DNA of 48,118 nt from a virus (Duplodnaviria; Caudoviricetes). The notes under the pieces were generated by a model. The model saw only the letters and a list, made by a program, of their open reading frames with translations. It ran no database searches and was not told the origin of the DNA. Where the stretch lies: positions 1 to 48,118 of the IMG/VR virus record IMGVR_UViG_3300021082_000038. One strand, 5' to 3'. Both the position numbers and the translations under genes were made by a program. Of the stretch, positions 9,367 through 19,148 are shown in pieces (position 1 is the first letter of the stretch; the number at the start of each line of letters is the position of its first letter).

Positions 9367-12300
9367 TGCCTACGCCTCGCCCACTAGACCCGTTCAACCC
9401 GGGAGGGATGGGGGCTACACGATTGGGTGGACTGGGCAAGGGTTCACCCGGCGGCCTGCGACGACCTGTGGGCCTGCTCAACCCACTCAATCCCATCAGC
9501 TCCTACACACCTCGAGTAGTGCCTCGTATCCAGCAGGGTCAGCCTGCAGGGCCCTCTCGCGTAGGGGCGCGGGGTGTAACGCTACCGAAGGACTTGCTGT
9601 ACCAGGCCAAGACAGGCGCCGACGTTATCTCCAACACGCCTGCGCTGATCTCCAACCCGAAGTCGAAGGCTGCTGCTGAGGCCCGCCTGGTCGCGTCGTT
9701 CGAGAAGCGGAACCTACCTCCTGAGTACATGGAGGCTATCAAGGACGTCATTTACCAGCGGCGGGCCTACGGTGAGCGTCAGAATCAGTCCACAGTGCAG
9801 GCGATCAACCGCGTGCTCACGCTCCCGGAGAACGTCGGTGCAGGTTTTCTCACAGGTACCCACAAGTTCCAGGCGCAGCACGGTATCCAGGGGTTCGCTG
9901 ACTCGTGGAAGTATCTCGCGCATCCGTCCTACGTCTTCAAGGAGTTTGGGGCTGGCTTCGCAGAGATCCCCGACGCCCTCGCTGAGCAGAAGTCCTACGA
10001 TGAGCTGATCAAGGAGACCACCACACCTGGATCGTTCGTCTACCGCTATTCTATGCCCATCGGGCTGGGTATGTCGGTGCTGTTCGACCCGACCACCTAC
10101 ATGACGTTTGGTGCCTCCAGTGCTTCTAAGAGTGCAGCCTACCATGTACTGGCTGAGTCCGACCGACACGCATTCTCGGAGGCTCACAACATCATCAAGA
10201 AGAACTACGGCAGCAAGGTCGACACCGTCTCAGGCCCTGTGGTGGCGAACTGGCACAATCTGGACTCCATCGTCAACGACGTGAAGGTCAAGAACAACCT
10301 ACCCGTTACCCTCGGTGACGCGCTCGATATCCACCATGCTCAGGGCCTCGCGGTGAAGCGTGAGATCCGTGAGACAGGTGAGTATTGGTCAGGTAAGACA
10401 GGTGAGATGGTTCCTGCCTCCACGCGCCAGAAGATCACTGCACGGGTCCTACCCAACAACGTCCAGGGCGGTCGGGGTGTACGATTCGCAGGTCGTGAGA
10501 TCCCTGGTACTCCCCGCCTCGGTGCTGCGCTGGCGAAGCAGACACGCAAGTTAGGCGAAGATGCAAGCACTGCCCCCTTCGACTTGGGGTCCATGATGAT
10601 CCCGCAGTGGGGTGCCCGCCATGTCGTCGATGACGGCGCTCGTGCCAGCGCACTCGTGGAGATGGCCAAGTACCGCACTGCTATGTCGCGGGCGCAGATG
10701 AACATCGGGCGGGACGTTCGAGGTCTGCAGCGTGTCGCAGTACCTGACGATACTGTCCGCATGCCCGTGGACGCTCCCCTCGACGAGCTGAAGGTACCGC
10801 TCACTGACTGGCATCCTGCGACCCTCGAGAACCAGAACTACGACATTGGAGACAACGAGTTCTTCGTCACTGCTGCTCGTAACCGCGAAACGGGGGAGAT
10901 CGTCAGCAGCACCAGAGACCACACAGAGATCATCGACGACATGGGTGCGGCAGGCATCGAGGATCCGCTCAACCATGAGCTCTGGGAGCAGCACACAGCC
11001 CTCGTCAACCGCAACGGAGAGGTACAGTCGGTCAACACTAATCCTCTACATCCTGGTGCTCGTCCCGAGTGGACTGAGCCCGACACGGCAGCAGCTGTGA
11101 AGGAGCACCTCGAGGCCAAGTTCCAGCAAGCGAAGGACTTCCATGAGGAGACACTTGCCAACGTCGCCAGCGATGCGCCGCAGTTCAAGCGAGTGCTTGT
11201 GAGGCCTGAAGAGCGGGCCAACCTGATGAGCATGGACATCTCGGAACTGACCCCGGCACAGAAGATCCTCAAGAACAACATCAATACCTCCGCTGAGGTC
11301 TACATCGACAAGGCAGTGGAGGCAGGCATCGGTGAGAAGGAGATCAGGCGCCTGTGGGATCACACCGTAGACTACTACGAGGATCCACTGATGGCGCTGG
11401 CCGAGTTCAAGTTCAAGTCCACTGCCCGTGCCATGAGCAGGAACTTCACTGAGGAGATTCTGCAGGATACTCGCTTCGCCATCCCCATGAACTCGAAGGC
11501 TCAGGCAGAGGCTATCCTGCGCAAGGACTTCATCGAGGCAGGCACTGACCTGCACAAGTTGGACGAGGCACCGATGGGGTTCTCCGAGTTTACCCAGGGT
11601 AATCGTCGGTACGCGGTCCGTAACTCGATCATCGAGGGCCTACGAGAGATCAATAATCCGACTCGCCTCGATACGAGCTTGCAGCGTGGCTTCCGTATGC
11701 TGAACAAGCCCCAGGACTTGTGGAAGCTGTACGCTACGTCACCGAACCCTGCCTTCCACGTCATGAACTTCCTCGGTGCTGTATGGAACAACATGCTGGC
11801 GGGTGTCTACAATCCCGCTGACTACTTCGATGCGCTCAAGCTCCTCTACAAGGGTCGCAAGGAGGAAGCAGCACAGGCAGGTGCCAAGTTCGGCGTCACG
11901 CGCCAGGTCCCCAAATCCACCGAAGGTGGTAAGGCTGCTCAGCAGGTGCTGTCGGAAGCTGAGGCACGTGCTGGACTGGGTCGCTCGTCCTTCCTGTTCG
12001 CTGACGTCTCGAGGGGTCACTACACACCCGAACAGCTGGCCATGTCTGACCTCCCGCTTAGCGAGACAGCCTCGATGTTCGAGAAGCTGCAGTCTCAGGG
12101 GCTGGAGTCGGGCAAGGGGTTTGCGAAGCGGGCTATCGCACGGCCCACCAAGGCGTCGGGCAAGGAAGTCGGCAACATCAGGTACGGAGTTTCCCTCGGT
12201 CGTAAGGCAGCAGGTGTGGCGCTCGCTGCTCATGCCAACCCTCTCGCTTTCGCCATGTTCCTGCCCGAGGCAGCGAAGGCTGGTCGTGCTGTCGGCGGTA

Positions 12301-13472
12301 CCATTGAGGACCTGGTGCGTCTGGCCCCGTTCATGAAGTACTCCGATGACCCTGCAGTCCGTCGGGTGCTCGCGAACTACGGCCCCATCAATTCCTCCAT
12401 GCGGATGACTCACAAGGGGTTCACCAAGGAAGACCAGCAGACCATGTACGACATTGGCGCTCACATCTCGAGGCACTTCCAGTTTGACTACTCGGATCTC
12501 ACCTCGTTCGAGCGCTACTTCGCCAAGTCTGTCTTCCCCTTCTGGGTGTACTACAAGAAGAACCTCGGGCTGCAGATTGCTCAGCTGGCCCACAAGCCTG
12601 TGACCTTTGCGGTGGCCAACCGGATGATGAACTACATCAACGAGAACCAGGAGATGAACCTGGGGCCATGGGAAGAGATCTTGCCCAGCTACTTCAACAA
12701 CCTCGGGGCATTCCAGGTGCCGGTGCCGAACACGGTGCGAGACAAGATGGGGCTGCCACACGATCAGCCTCTCTACCTCAACCCGAAGATGCCGTTCATG
12801 GCGCTGAACCTCATCCCGAACTTCTTCGACATTATCCGCAATCCTACCCAGACCAATTCGCAGAAGATGCTGGAGTTGATCTCCCCTGTCGCTGGTGCTG
12901 TCGGTCCGTTCTCACCTACGCCTGTGCCGGGGGCCAAGATCCTGCTCGAAGCAGGTACTGGGTATAACCTCGGACTGAACCGTCCCATCGACTTCCAGCG
13001 TGCCAACTCCAACGATCTGCGTCAGTCCTACGTGCCTGCACCAGGCTGGACCAATTACCTCCCCGACTGGGCTCACACCTATTTCGGGATCAGGGAGAAC
13101 AAGAAGAATGGCAAGCAGGAGATGTCAGCCACCAGCAAGTATGTGCTGGAGCAGATGTCAGCTCCGTTCATCAATAACCTCGGTAAGTCGATCAGTCCGT
13201 CGGGAGCCACTGATGAGGAAGCGGGACGTGCGAGGGCTGACCTTGTCAGTTGGCTGTCGGGTGTGCGCCTCATGCCCGTGGACGTATTGAGGCTTGACCG
13301 CAACGCTGCCTATGTCCTCATCGACCAGCTCGAGGCTGAGCAGTCCGACCTGCGCAGTCAGGGTAAGGAGCTGCCCCTCGAGAAGAAGGTCATCCTGGCG
13401 CGTATCCGTGGCGACCTGAAGATCATCAACTTCGCCTACAAGGAGCGGGAAGCAGACCCGACCAACCCCTGA
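9366..13472 (+). CDS. Large internal virion / DNA-ejection protein
   Basis: 1368 aa; contains DPTTY, FHVMNFLG and FDYSDLT...FPFWVY motifs typical of large podovirus ejection proteins. Confidence 0.7.
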   Translation: MPTPRPLDPFNPGGMGATRLGGLGKGSPGGLRRPVGLLNPLNPISSYTPRVVPRIQQGQPAGPSRVGARGVTLPKDLLYQAKTGADVISNTPALISNPKSKAAAEARLVASFEKRNLPPEYMEAIKDVIYQRRAYGERQNQSTVQAINRVLTLPENVGAGFLTGTHKFQAQHGIQGFADSWKYLAHPSYVFKEFGAGFAEIPDALAEQKSYDELIKETTTPGSFVYRYSMPIGLGMSVLFDPTTYMTFGASSASKSAAYHVLAESDRHAFSEAHNIIKKNYGSKVDTVSGPVVANWHNLDSIVNDVKVKNNLPVTLGDALDIHHAQGLAVKREIRETGEYWSGKTGEMVPASTRQKITARVLPNNVQGGRGVRFAGREIPGTPRLGAALAKQTRKLGEDASTAPFDLGSMMIPQWGARHVVDDGARASALVEMAKYRTAMSRAQMNIGRDVRGLQRVAVPDDTVRMPVDAPLDELKVPLTDWHPATLENQNYDIGDNEFFVTAARNRETGEIVSSTRDHTEIIDDMGAAGIEDPLNHELWEQHTALVNRNGEVQSVNTNPLHPGARPEWTEPDTAAAVKEHLEAKFQQAKDFHEETLANVASDAPQFKRVLVRPEERANLMSMDISELTPAQKILKNNINTSAEVYIDKAVEAGIGEKEIRRLWDHTVDYYEDPLMALAEFKFKSTARAMSRNFTEEILQDTRFAIPMNSKAQAEAILRKDFIEAGTDLHKLDEAPMGFSEFTQGNRRYAVRNSIIEGLREINNPTRLDTSLQRGFRMLNKPQDLWKLYATSPNPAFHVMNFLGAVWNNMLAGVYNPADYFDALKLLYKGRKEEAAQAGAKFGVTRQVPKSTEGGKAAQQVLSEAEARAGLGRSSFLFADVSRGHYTPEQLAMSDLPLSETASMFEKLQSQGLESGKGFAKRAIARPTKASGKEVGNIRYGVSLGRKAAGVALAAHANPLAFAMFLPEAAKAGRAVGGTIEDLVRLAPFMKYSDDPAVRRVLANYGPINSSMRMTHKGFTKEDQQTMYDIGAHISRHFQFDYSDLTSFERYFAKSVFPFWVYYKKNLGLQIAQLAHKPVTFAVANRMMNYINENQEMNLGPWEEILPSYFNNLGAFQVPVPNTVRDKMGLPHDQPLYLNPKMPFMALNLIPNFFDIIRNPTQTNSQKMLELISPVAGAVGPFSPTPVPGAKILLEAGTGYNLGLNRPIDFQRANSNDLRQSYVPAPGWTNYLPDWAHTYFGIRENKKNGKQEMSATSKYVLEQMSAPFINNLGKSISPSGATDEEAGRARADLVSWLSGVRLMPVDVLRLDRNAAYVLIDQLEAEQSDLRSQGKELPLEKKVILARIRGDLKIINFAYKEREADPTNP

Positions 13473-14566
13473 TGGCTGACCTACTTCAATATCTCCAGCA
13501 GGCTGGCTTCAAGGGCGAGGCCCTGAAGACGGCGTGGGCTATCGCCAAGCGTGAGTCTGGTGGACGTCCCGAGGCGTACAATCCCAACCGCGCCACAGGG
13601 GACGACAGCTACGGGCTCTTCCAGATCAACATGCTCGGAGACATGGGCCCGGCACGTCGTAAGCAGTTCGGCATCCAGAACAACCAGCAGCTCCTCAACC
13701 CGCAGATCAATGCCAAGGCAGCTTACCAGATGAGCAAGGGCGGTACTGACTTCGGGGCATGGGGCATTGGACCGAACGCCTACCGCAAGATGCCAGCCCT
13801 CGACTTCTCCGGCTATCCTGGCCCCGAGGCACGAGCGATGAGCGCGCAGGCTGCGCAGAACATCACCATCAACTCCTCCTCTCCCGTCGACCCGAACGCT
13901 GTGGGATACTATGCGGGTGGGGCTGGTCAGCTCGCTGAGAACCAGGATCGCATCACGCAGGCCTCGCGCTTGAACCGACTGTTGGCTCAGGCTGCACCGT
14001 CGGAAGCGACTCAGAGCATTCTAGGGCGACTGGGCGGGATCGCAGGGCGTACTGCACAACACCTGGCTTCATCCCCCATTCAGAACCGAGTCCCCGAACC
14101 GATCTACTCCATGTCGAAGGTCTCTGCTCCGAAGGGAGACGCCACCAAACTCGCACCTGTGGGCCTTGTCGTCGAGGGCAACAGCGTCGGTGCTCAGGCC
14201 GTGCGCCAGGCAGCACGTCAGCTGGGTGACCCCTACGTCTTCGGTGCTTCGTCGGCAGGCGAGGATCCCAATTCCTTCGACTGCTCCAGTCTCGTCCAGT
14301 GGTCGTATCGTCAGCTGGGCATCGACATTCCCAGGGATACGGTGGGTCAACAGGCTGCGTTGCCTCTCAAGTCGTGGAAGGATCTGCAGCCAGGCGATCC
14401 GATCTATCGTAAGTCTGGTGGCCACGTCGTCATCTATGCCGGCAACGGCAAGGTGATCGCAGCGCCTCATACAGGTACGGTAGTGCAGTATCAGAACCTC
14501 AGTCGTTTCCCACAGAAGGATTGGGAAGTCCGTAGTGTCAGCCAACCGAAGAAGAAGGGGAAGTAA
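13472..14566 (+). CDS. Virion-associated lytic transglycosylase (SLT) + NlpC/P60 peptidase
   Basis: N-terminal AIAKRESGG...SYGLFQIN (catalytic Glu); C-terminal PYVFG...FDCSSLV...GHVVIY (Cys-His). Confidence 0.88.
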   Translation: MADLLQYLQQAGFKGEALKTAWAIAKRESGGRPEAYNPNRATGDDSYGLFQINMLGDMGPARRKQFGIQNNQQLLNPQINAKAAYQMSKGGTDFGAWGIGPNAYRKMPALDFSGYPGPEARAMSAQAAQNITINSSSPVDPNAVGYYAGGAGQLAENQDRITQASRLNRLLAQAAPSEATQSILGRLGGIAGRTAQHLASSPIQNRVPEPIYSMSKVSAPKGDATKLAPVGLVVEGNSVGAQAVRQAARQLGDPYVFGASSAGEDPNSFDCSSLVQWSYRQLGIDIPRDTVGQQAALPLKSWKDLQPGDPIYRKSGGHVVIYAGNGKVIAAPHTGTVVQYQNLSRFPQKDWEVRSVSQPKKKGK

Positions 14567-15105
14567 TGCCTCAGCTTCCGCAGTTTCCTATGCAAGCGCC
14601 GCCTCCGAACGGGCCGCAGCTTGGAGCTGGGATGCCCATGATGCCCAGCGCTCCAGAGCAGGCACCGTCACCTGAGCAGGGACAGATGCCACCTGAGCAG
14701 CAGCAGGGCATGCCGCTGAGGGGTAGACCCCCCGTTGGGGGCTTGAATCCCGACTTCGCTCACAGGTTCGTGCAGCTCCAGCAAGCCGTCCGCGACGCAG
14801 GAGGTGATCTCTACGTCTTCTCCGGTGCTCGCGATCAGGACCGCCAGGGCAAGCTGTTCCAGGAGGCCGTCGCGAAGTACGGAGATCCGAAGGTGGCTGC
14901 CAAGCACGTCAAACCGCCTGGCAAGTCATCGCATGATCCACAGTACGGAGCATCAAGGGGACTGGGACCGGGGAGCGTAGGCGTGGATATTCGTGGTGAC
15001 CTCGCCATCGCGCACAAGCTGGCTCCTCAGTTCGGGATTGAGTTTCCGAACCAGACCCACCCCTGGCACATGGAGATGGCCGGGGTGAGTAAGCTCAAGG
15101 GCTAG
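14566..15105 (+). CDS. M15 (VanY-like D,D-carboxypeptidase family) peptidase with a P/Q-rich N-terminus
   Basis: SGAR...Q, PPGKSSH, GVDI and HPWH zinc-site motifs of M15 peptidases. Confidence 0.8.
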   Translation: MPQLPQFPMQAPPPNGPQLGAGMPMMPSAPEQAPSPEQGQMPPEQQQGMPLRGRPPVGGLNPDFAHRFVQLQQAVRDAGGDLYVFSGARDQDRQGKLFQEAVAKYGDPKVAAKHVKPPGKSSHDPQYGASRGLGPGSVGVDIRGDLAIAHKLAPQFGIEFPNQTHPWHMEMAGVSKLKG

Positions 15106-15455
15106 TGGTTTCACGCGAGGCGCGCATCGAGGCTATCAAGGTCCTCATTTCTGAGGGCTGGAATCCTCCCCCGCCTGATGCCTACGTCATGGAGAAGCTA
15201 GCTCGCAGCATCCGTCGCCTCGACCACAAGACCATCCCCCCTGCTAATCCCCGGGGCAATGGCTGTACCGAAGCTGAGGTCCGCGTTCTTCAAGCCGCTG
15301 CGAAGGGTTGGTCTGCACCTAAGACTGCTACCTCATACGGCGTGTCCCTCGAGACCGTCAAGAGCCAACGTGCTTCTGCCCTCAAACGACTAGGGGCCAG
15401 GAACATAACCCAAGCTGTAGCCATCGCATGGCGGGAAGGGATAATCAAGGCATGA
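15105..15455 (+). CDS. LuxR-type HTH transcriptional regulator
   Basis: TEAEVRVLQAAAKGWS...VSLETVKSQ...LKRLGARNITQAVAIAWREGII matches the LuxR/GerE C-terminal HTH. Confidence 0.85.
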   Translation: MVSREARIEAIKVLISEGWNPPPPDAYVMEKLARSIRRLDHKTIPPANPRGNGCTEAEVRVLQAAAKGWSAPKTATSYGVSLETVKSQRASALKRLGARNITQAVAIAWREGIIKA

Positions 15456-15634
15456 TAGCAGCTATCCTGGGTGAGAATGCCAACGATGTACTTACCGCCA
15501 TCCTGGTGATCGCTACAGGTGCTGTCATTCGTGGCCTCTGGTCGTTGCAGCAACGGATCTCTCGCCTCGAGGCACTTGATGAGATGAAGGAACGCCTCCT
15601 CGACAAGGATCGAGATCAGGAGGCCGACACTTAG
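15452..15634 (+). CDS. Small single-TM protein (possible holin-like)
   Basis: ATGA overlap; one hydrophobic helix followed by a charged coiled coil. Confidence 0.5.
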   Translation: MIAAILGENANDVLTAILVIATGAVIRGLWSLQQRISRLEALDEMKERLLDKDRDQEADT

Positions 15635-15686
15635 CGGAGCCCACCCGCTGAGCGAGTGCCATCCTCCGGCGCTCGATTTCCCACCG

Positions 15687-15724
15687 AAAGACCCCGGATG
15701 CTTGCCTCCTGTCCGGGGTCTTTT
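15687..15724. terminator. Bidirectional intrinsic terminator between the convergent arms
   Basis: AAAGACCCCGGA-N13-TCCGGGGTCTTT inverted repeat with A and T flanks. Confidence 0.8.
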
Positions 15725-15820
15725 GGTCACCTGTTGCGCGCATCAGCGCGACGAGCACACAGGTAGAAGCGTACTCAGAGCGCGTTAGGGATCTATACCC
15801 ATGTCACGCGACTGAATACG

Positions 15821-16357
15821 TCACCGACAAGTCGACCACTCACCGCCCCTACCATGTGCGTGCATCCAACCGGCTGCAAGCGCTTGTGCGAGGGGGTTGT
15901 AGATCGAGAAGCCCCCGAAGGGGGTGCTGGCGTACGTCGAGGGGAGGAATTGATAGAGCCCTGTTGCATGCTCGCCATTCCACACACTCTGTCGGTTCCG
16001 TGCGTTCGGGTTGCCCTTCGACTCATGGCCGATGAGGCACCAAGCCCGATCAGTTGACAGCTGTGGGTACACAATGGAGGCTAGGGAGACCGCCTCCTGG
16101 ATGGTCACGTCACGCGCCACGGTCTTCTTCAGGCGCTTGATCGTAAGCCCGCGAGCGTTCGCATCCCGCCGTGCTTGCTGTGCCCTCTTCGCCCACCACT
16201 CAGCTGTCTTGCCCTGGTACGTAGCGGCTTGAGGTTGTTCGTTGGCGCCCTGTGCTGACGAGGTCAGGATCACAATGGGCCAGATGAGGACCACGCAGAT
16301 GATGGCCCACACCAGAAACGCTTTCTTGAAGCTCCATGATTCCCAGCGCATTCTCAC
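15821..16357 (-). CDS. Secreted/membrane-anchored lysozyme-like transglycosylase (SLT/Rpf-like)
   Basis: N-terminal hydrophobic signal; C..HESKGNPNA...ATGLYQFLPSTY...Q...W..C pattern. Confidence 0.78.
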   Translation of the reverse strand: MRMRWESWSFKKAFLVWAIICVVLIWPIVILTSSAQGANEQPQAATYQGKTAEWWAKRAQQARRDANARGLTIKRLKKTVARDVTIQEAVSLASIVYPQLSTDRAWCLIGHESKGNPNARNRQSVWNGEHATGLYQFLPSTYASTPFGGFSIYNPLAQALAAGWMHAHGRGGEWSTCR

Positions 16358-16650
16358 CTCTTCCGATCAAGTTTGTCTAGTAGTGCCGCTACCTCCTCAA
16401 CCGTCGTGACCACACGAGCGATACCGCCGGCGGCTTTGATTTCGCTGAGGACTTTGCGTTGCACAGGGGAGGGTTCCTCGCCCGGCAGCTTCACTTCTAG
16501 ACCCAGAAACCTACCTTGAAAGCAGACCAGGATATCCGGGATGCCTGCCTCTTGGAAGGGATTGTCACCACCGTGGATCTTGAAACATCTACCACCTCTC
16601 TCCGTGATGTAGCGTTGGATACGGCGGACAAGTCGAGCTTCTGGCTGCAT
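16354..16650 (-). CDS. VRR-NUC domain nuclease
   Basis: E..L...GIPDIL...LEVK.P...SPVQ motifs; 98 aa. Confidence 0.88.
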   Translation of the reverse strand: MQPEARLVRRIQRYITERGGRCFKIHGGDNPFQEAGIPDILVCFQGRFLGLEVKLPGEEPSPVQRKVLSEIKAAGGIARVVTTVEEVAALLDKLDRKR

Positions 16651-16655
16651 GGTAC

Positions 16656-16664
16656 ATCATACCA
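16656..16664 (-). promoter_or_regulatory. Extended -10 promoter (TGG-TATGAT), possibly giving a leaderless transcript
   Basis: TGn-TATGAT lies 5 nt upstream of the VRR-NUC ATG, with no SD sequence. Confidence 0.5.
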
Positions 16665-16764
16665 TACAAGAGTGGCCCCCCCAGACCTGCGCCGTAAGCC
16701 ATGGGAGGGCCACCCTATCCCGCGCACAACCCTCTCCCCAGTGGGCGTCGCGAGGCTTTAGAGG

Positions 16765-17271
16765 TTAGAGTTCTTCGACCTCGACCTCATCGAGATCGTC
16801 GTCGTCCTCATCATCCTCTTCCTCTTCCTCGTCGTCATCGTCATCGTCCGACGTCTCGAGTTCGTCGGCCGGGAACGCGGCAGCAACCTGGGACGTGATC
16901 TTCGTCTTGCCGTCCTTGGTATACTCGTTGTCCTCGACGGCGATGCCGATGGACTTCCCGTAGAGCTTGTCGGGGTCGAACTCGAGGATCTTACCCGCGA
17001 CGTTCTTGCCTGTCGCTGCGTGGATGAGATTCCTCAGGTTCCACAACGCCTCGGGCTTGAGCGAGGTGTTCATGTAGACCGACTTGCCCTTCGCGGGACC
17101 CTCGGCGACGGTCATCTTCCAGCGGAAGTACCGCGAACCGGCGTTGCTGTCGCGGATCTCTGCCTCGATGATCTTCGCGAGGTAGTCACCCTCGGGAATC
17201 CGGGAACCTCCGCCACCTTTGCGGATCTCCTTGTCGACTCCCTCGAAGTTGACCTTGTACTTCTTACCCAT
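16765..17271 (-). CDS. ssDNA-binding protein (DUF669-like) with acidic tail
   Basis: IPEGDYLAKI...OB-like core and a very acidic C-terminus; adjacent to the Sak4-like ATPase; GGAGG RBS before ATG 17271. Confidence 0.75.
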   Translation of the reverse strand: MGKKYKVNFEGVDKEIRKGGGGSRIPEGDYLAKIIEAEIRDSNAGSRYFRWKMTVAEGPAKGKSVYMNTSLKPEALWNLRNLIHAATGKNVAGKILEFDPDKLYGKSIGIAVEDNEYTKDGKTKITSQVAAAFPADELETSDDDDDDEEEEEDDEDDDDLDEVEVEEL

Positions 17272-18055
17272 CAATTGCCTCCTGTCCGTGGATGACCTCG
17301 AGCATCTTGCCCAGGTCAGGGGAATCAACGAACTCTCCGAAGAGTCCGTTGCGGTCCTTCGTGACGTACTTCGCAGAAGGGCCCACAGTCATGCGTCGGC
17401 GCGTAACCTTCCGCTTGTCACCCTTCTTGTTCTTCACCACCACTTCCCTCGTAAAGAGGTAGCCGATGGTATCAACCGCAGCCTCGAGATGGCCGGCGAC
17501 TGATGGTGACACTGCTGGGCCTACGGTGACCTCGCCCATGTCATCATCCTCATCACCCGATGCGTTGGTACGGGTCAGCGCAGTGAAGCACCCGTTCATC
17601 GGTAGGTTACGGAAGTTCGTGATCTGGGTCTTCATCAACTGACCCGTCTTACCCCACACCTGACGCGAGGGCATATCAGGATCCCTCGATGCGTCCCGTG
17701 AGGCCTCGTCGCCGAGAACGAAGTTGAGGCAGAGTGTCTGCATGGCTGTCACACCATCGAGCACCCACGACTCGAAGTCGTGTTCGCCTGCTTGCAGATA
17801 CCAGTAGATCTCGTTGATCTCCTGCCAGTAATCGACGGGGTATACGTGGGGATCTATGTCCCGTCGAGTGCTGCCCGTGCCCTTCTCGTTCACGTCGATG
17901 ATGAGAGGCTTCGGTAGTGTAGCCGAGAGCCTCGTCTTGCCGGCACCTGAGATAGCGTAGATCAGGAACCGCTCGTGGGACTTGAGCTCACTCGCCCGTT
18001 TGATCTTCGCCTCGACGAGCTGAGCGTTAGTCCTTGAGGAGGTCTTCTTCGCCAC
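17264..18055 (-). CDS. AAA_24 / Sak4-like ATPase (ssDNA annealing)
   Basis: LIYAISGAGKT Walker A, IIDVNEKG, VLDGVT and TKDR motifs; likely GTG start at 18055. Confidence 0.8.
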   Translation of the reverse strand: MAKKTSSRTNAQLVEAKIKRASELKSHERFLIYAISGAGKTRLSATLPKPLIIDVNEKGTGSTRRDIDPHVYPVDYWQEINEIYWYLQAGEHDFESWVLDGVTAMQTLCLNFVLGDEASRDASRDPDMPSRQVWGKTGQLMKTQITNFRNLPMNGCFTALTRTNASGDEDDDMGEVTVGPAVSPSVAGHLEAAVDTIGYLFTREVVVKNKKGDKRKVTRRRMTVGPSAKYVTKDRNGLFGEFVDSPDLGKMLEVIHGQEAIDG

Positions 18056-19148
18056 TATAGCGCTCCCCGGTGAATTGGTAGTTGGCTTTGACGAGTGGCG
18101 AGATGTCCAGGCCTTGGAACTCTGCACAGCACACGTCGTGGTAGTCGCAACTGAACTTGCAGTTGTAGAAGTAGGATCGTGGTGTATCCTCCTTGTCGCG
18201 GGCTTGAATGTTGCGGACCGTCGCCTCGTACTCGAGCAGTCCACGTTCGATGCGTTCGGGCTCTACTGGTATCCTCTCACGTCGGAACCAGAGAGCCTCG
18301 CGCCCCTTCAGCTCGTTGAGCTTGGTGCGATAGTAGGGAATGAACTTCTTCCACTCTTTACCATGCAGGCGCTTCATTGCTGCCACGTAGGTGGCAATGT
18401 CGGTGTCCATGTTCTTGCGCAGCGACAGCGTACCTCGCACCAGCACCTGTGGTTCAGCTGGGGGCTTCGTGCGGCCGTAATTGTAGACGAACCCACGGAT
18501 ATCTAAGCCCTCTTCACGCAGTGCCCACACGTACTGTGTAGCCTGAGGGGACATCATCCTCTCGTCTGGGGCAGGTACTGTCTTCACCCACTTGGCGTCC
18601 CAGTTCCAGAGACCGCCGTACTCAATGTCCTCGACGAGGAGGTCGAGCTTCCCCTTGAAGTTCGCGCCGCGCACGTTGGGCAGCCGGCAGGACATGATGT
18701 ATTCGATGGCAGGTTGGCCGTCGATCACAGCTACCTTGTACTTCGCCTCGTCCTCTTTCCAGTACCGCAGGTACGCGCGGAACAATCGCTCGCACTCCGA
18801 CGGTAGAGGTCCGAGCAAGTCCTGCTCCTCCTCGAACATGCCATCGAATTGCTCGGTGAGTGCCTCGTGGACATCCTCCCACGTCTTGCCCTTGATCTTG
18901 ATGGCAGACCGACCCTCGCCGAACTGGATCTTGAACTTCTTGACGCCTGCCCACTGGTAATGCAGTCCCTCCTGCAGCGCGTGCATCCACGACCCCCTGT
19001 AGAGGGGCAGCTTCTTCTGCACTGGCACCATCTCCTGCCCTGCAGTGCCTCCGAACAGCTCTGGGTAGTCGTAGCGGAAAGCGTACTGCTTCTGGCAACG
19101 ACGGAACTGCTTGACCCGGGACTGATTGTAGTTGATTACCTTCCCCAT
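18027..19148 (-). CDS. PD-(D/E)xK exonuclease (RecB/Cas4-like, Cys-ligated)
   Basis: N-terminal S...F..C..QY; GKLD and WDAKW catalytic motifs; C-terminal CKFSCDYHDVC. Confidence 0.8.
   Translation of the reverse strand: MGKVINYNQSRVKQFRRCQKQYAFRYDYPELFGGTAGQEMVPVQKKLPLYRGSWMHALQEGLHYQWAGVKKFKIQFGEGRSAIKIKGKTWEDVHEALTEQFDGMFEEEQDLLGPLPSECERLFRAYLRYWKEDEAKYKVAVIDGQPAIEYIMSCRLPNVRGANFKGKLDLLVEDIEYGGLWNWDAKWVKTVPAPDERMMSPQATQYVWALREEGLDIRGFVYNYGRTKPPAEPQVLVRGTLSLRKNMDTDIATYVAAMKRLHGKEWKKFIPYYRTKLNELKGREALWFRRERIPVEPERIERGLLEYEATVRNIQARDKEDTPRSYFYNCKFSCDYHDVCCAEFQGLDISPLVKANYQFTGERYSGEEDLLKD

Noticed and set aside
15634-15820. tRNA or structured ncRNA in the convergent gap
   Set aside because: Only short hairpins and a terminator; no cloverleaf or T-loop consensus.
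18027-19148. Cas4 as evidence of a CRISPR-Cas system
   Set aside because: No array or other cas genes; the context is a phage recombination module.
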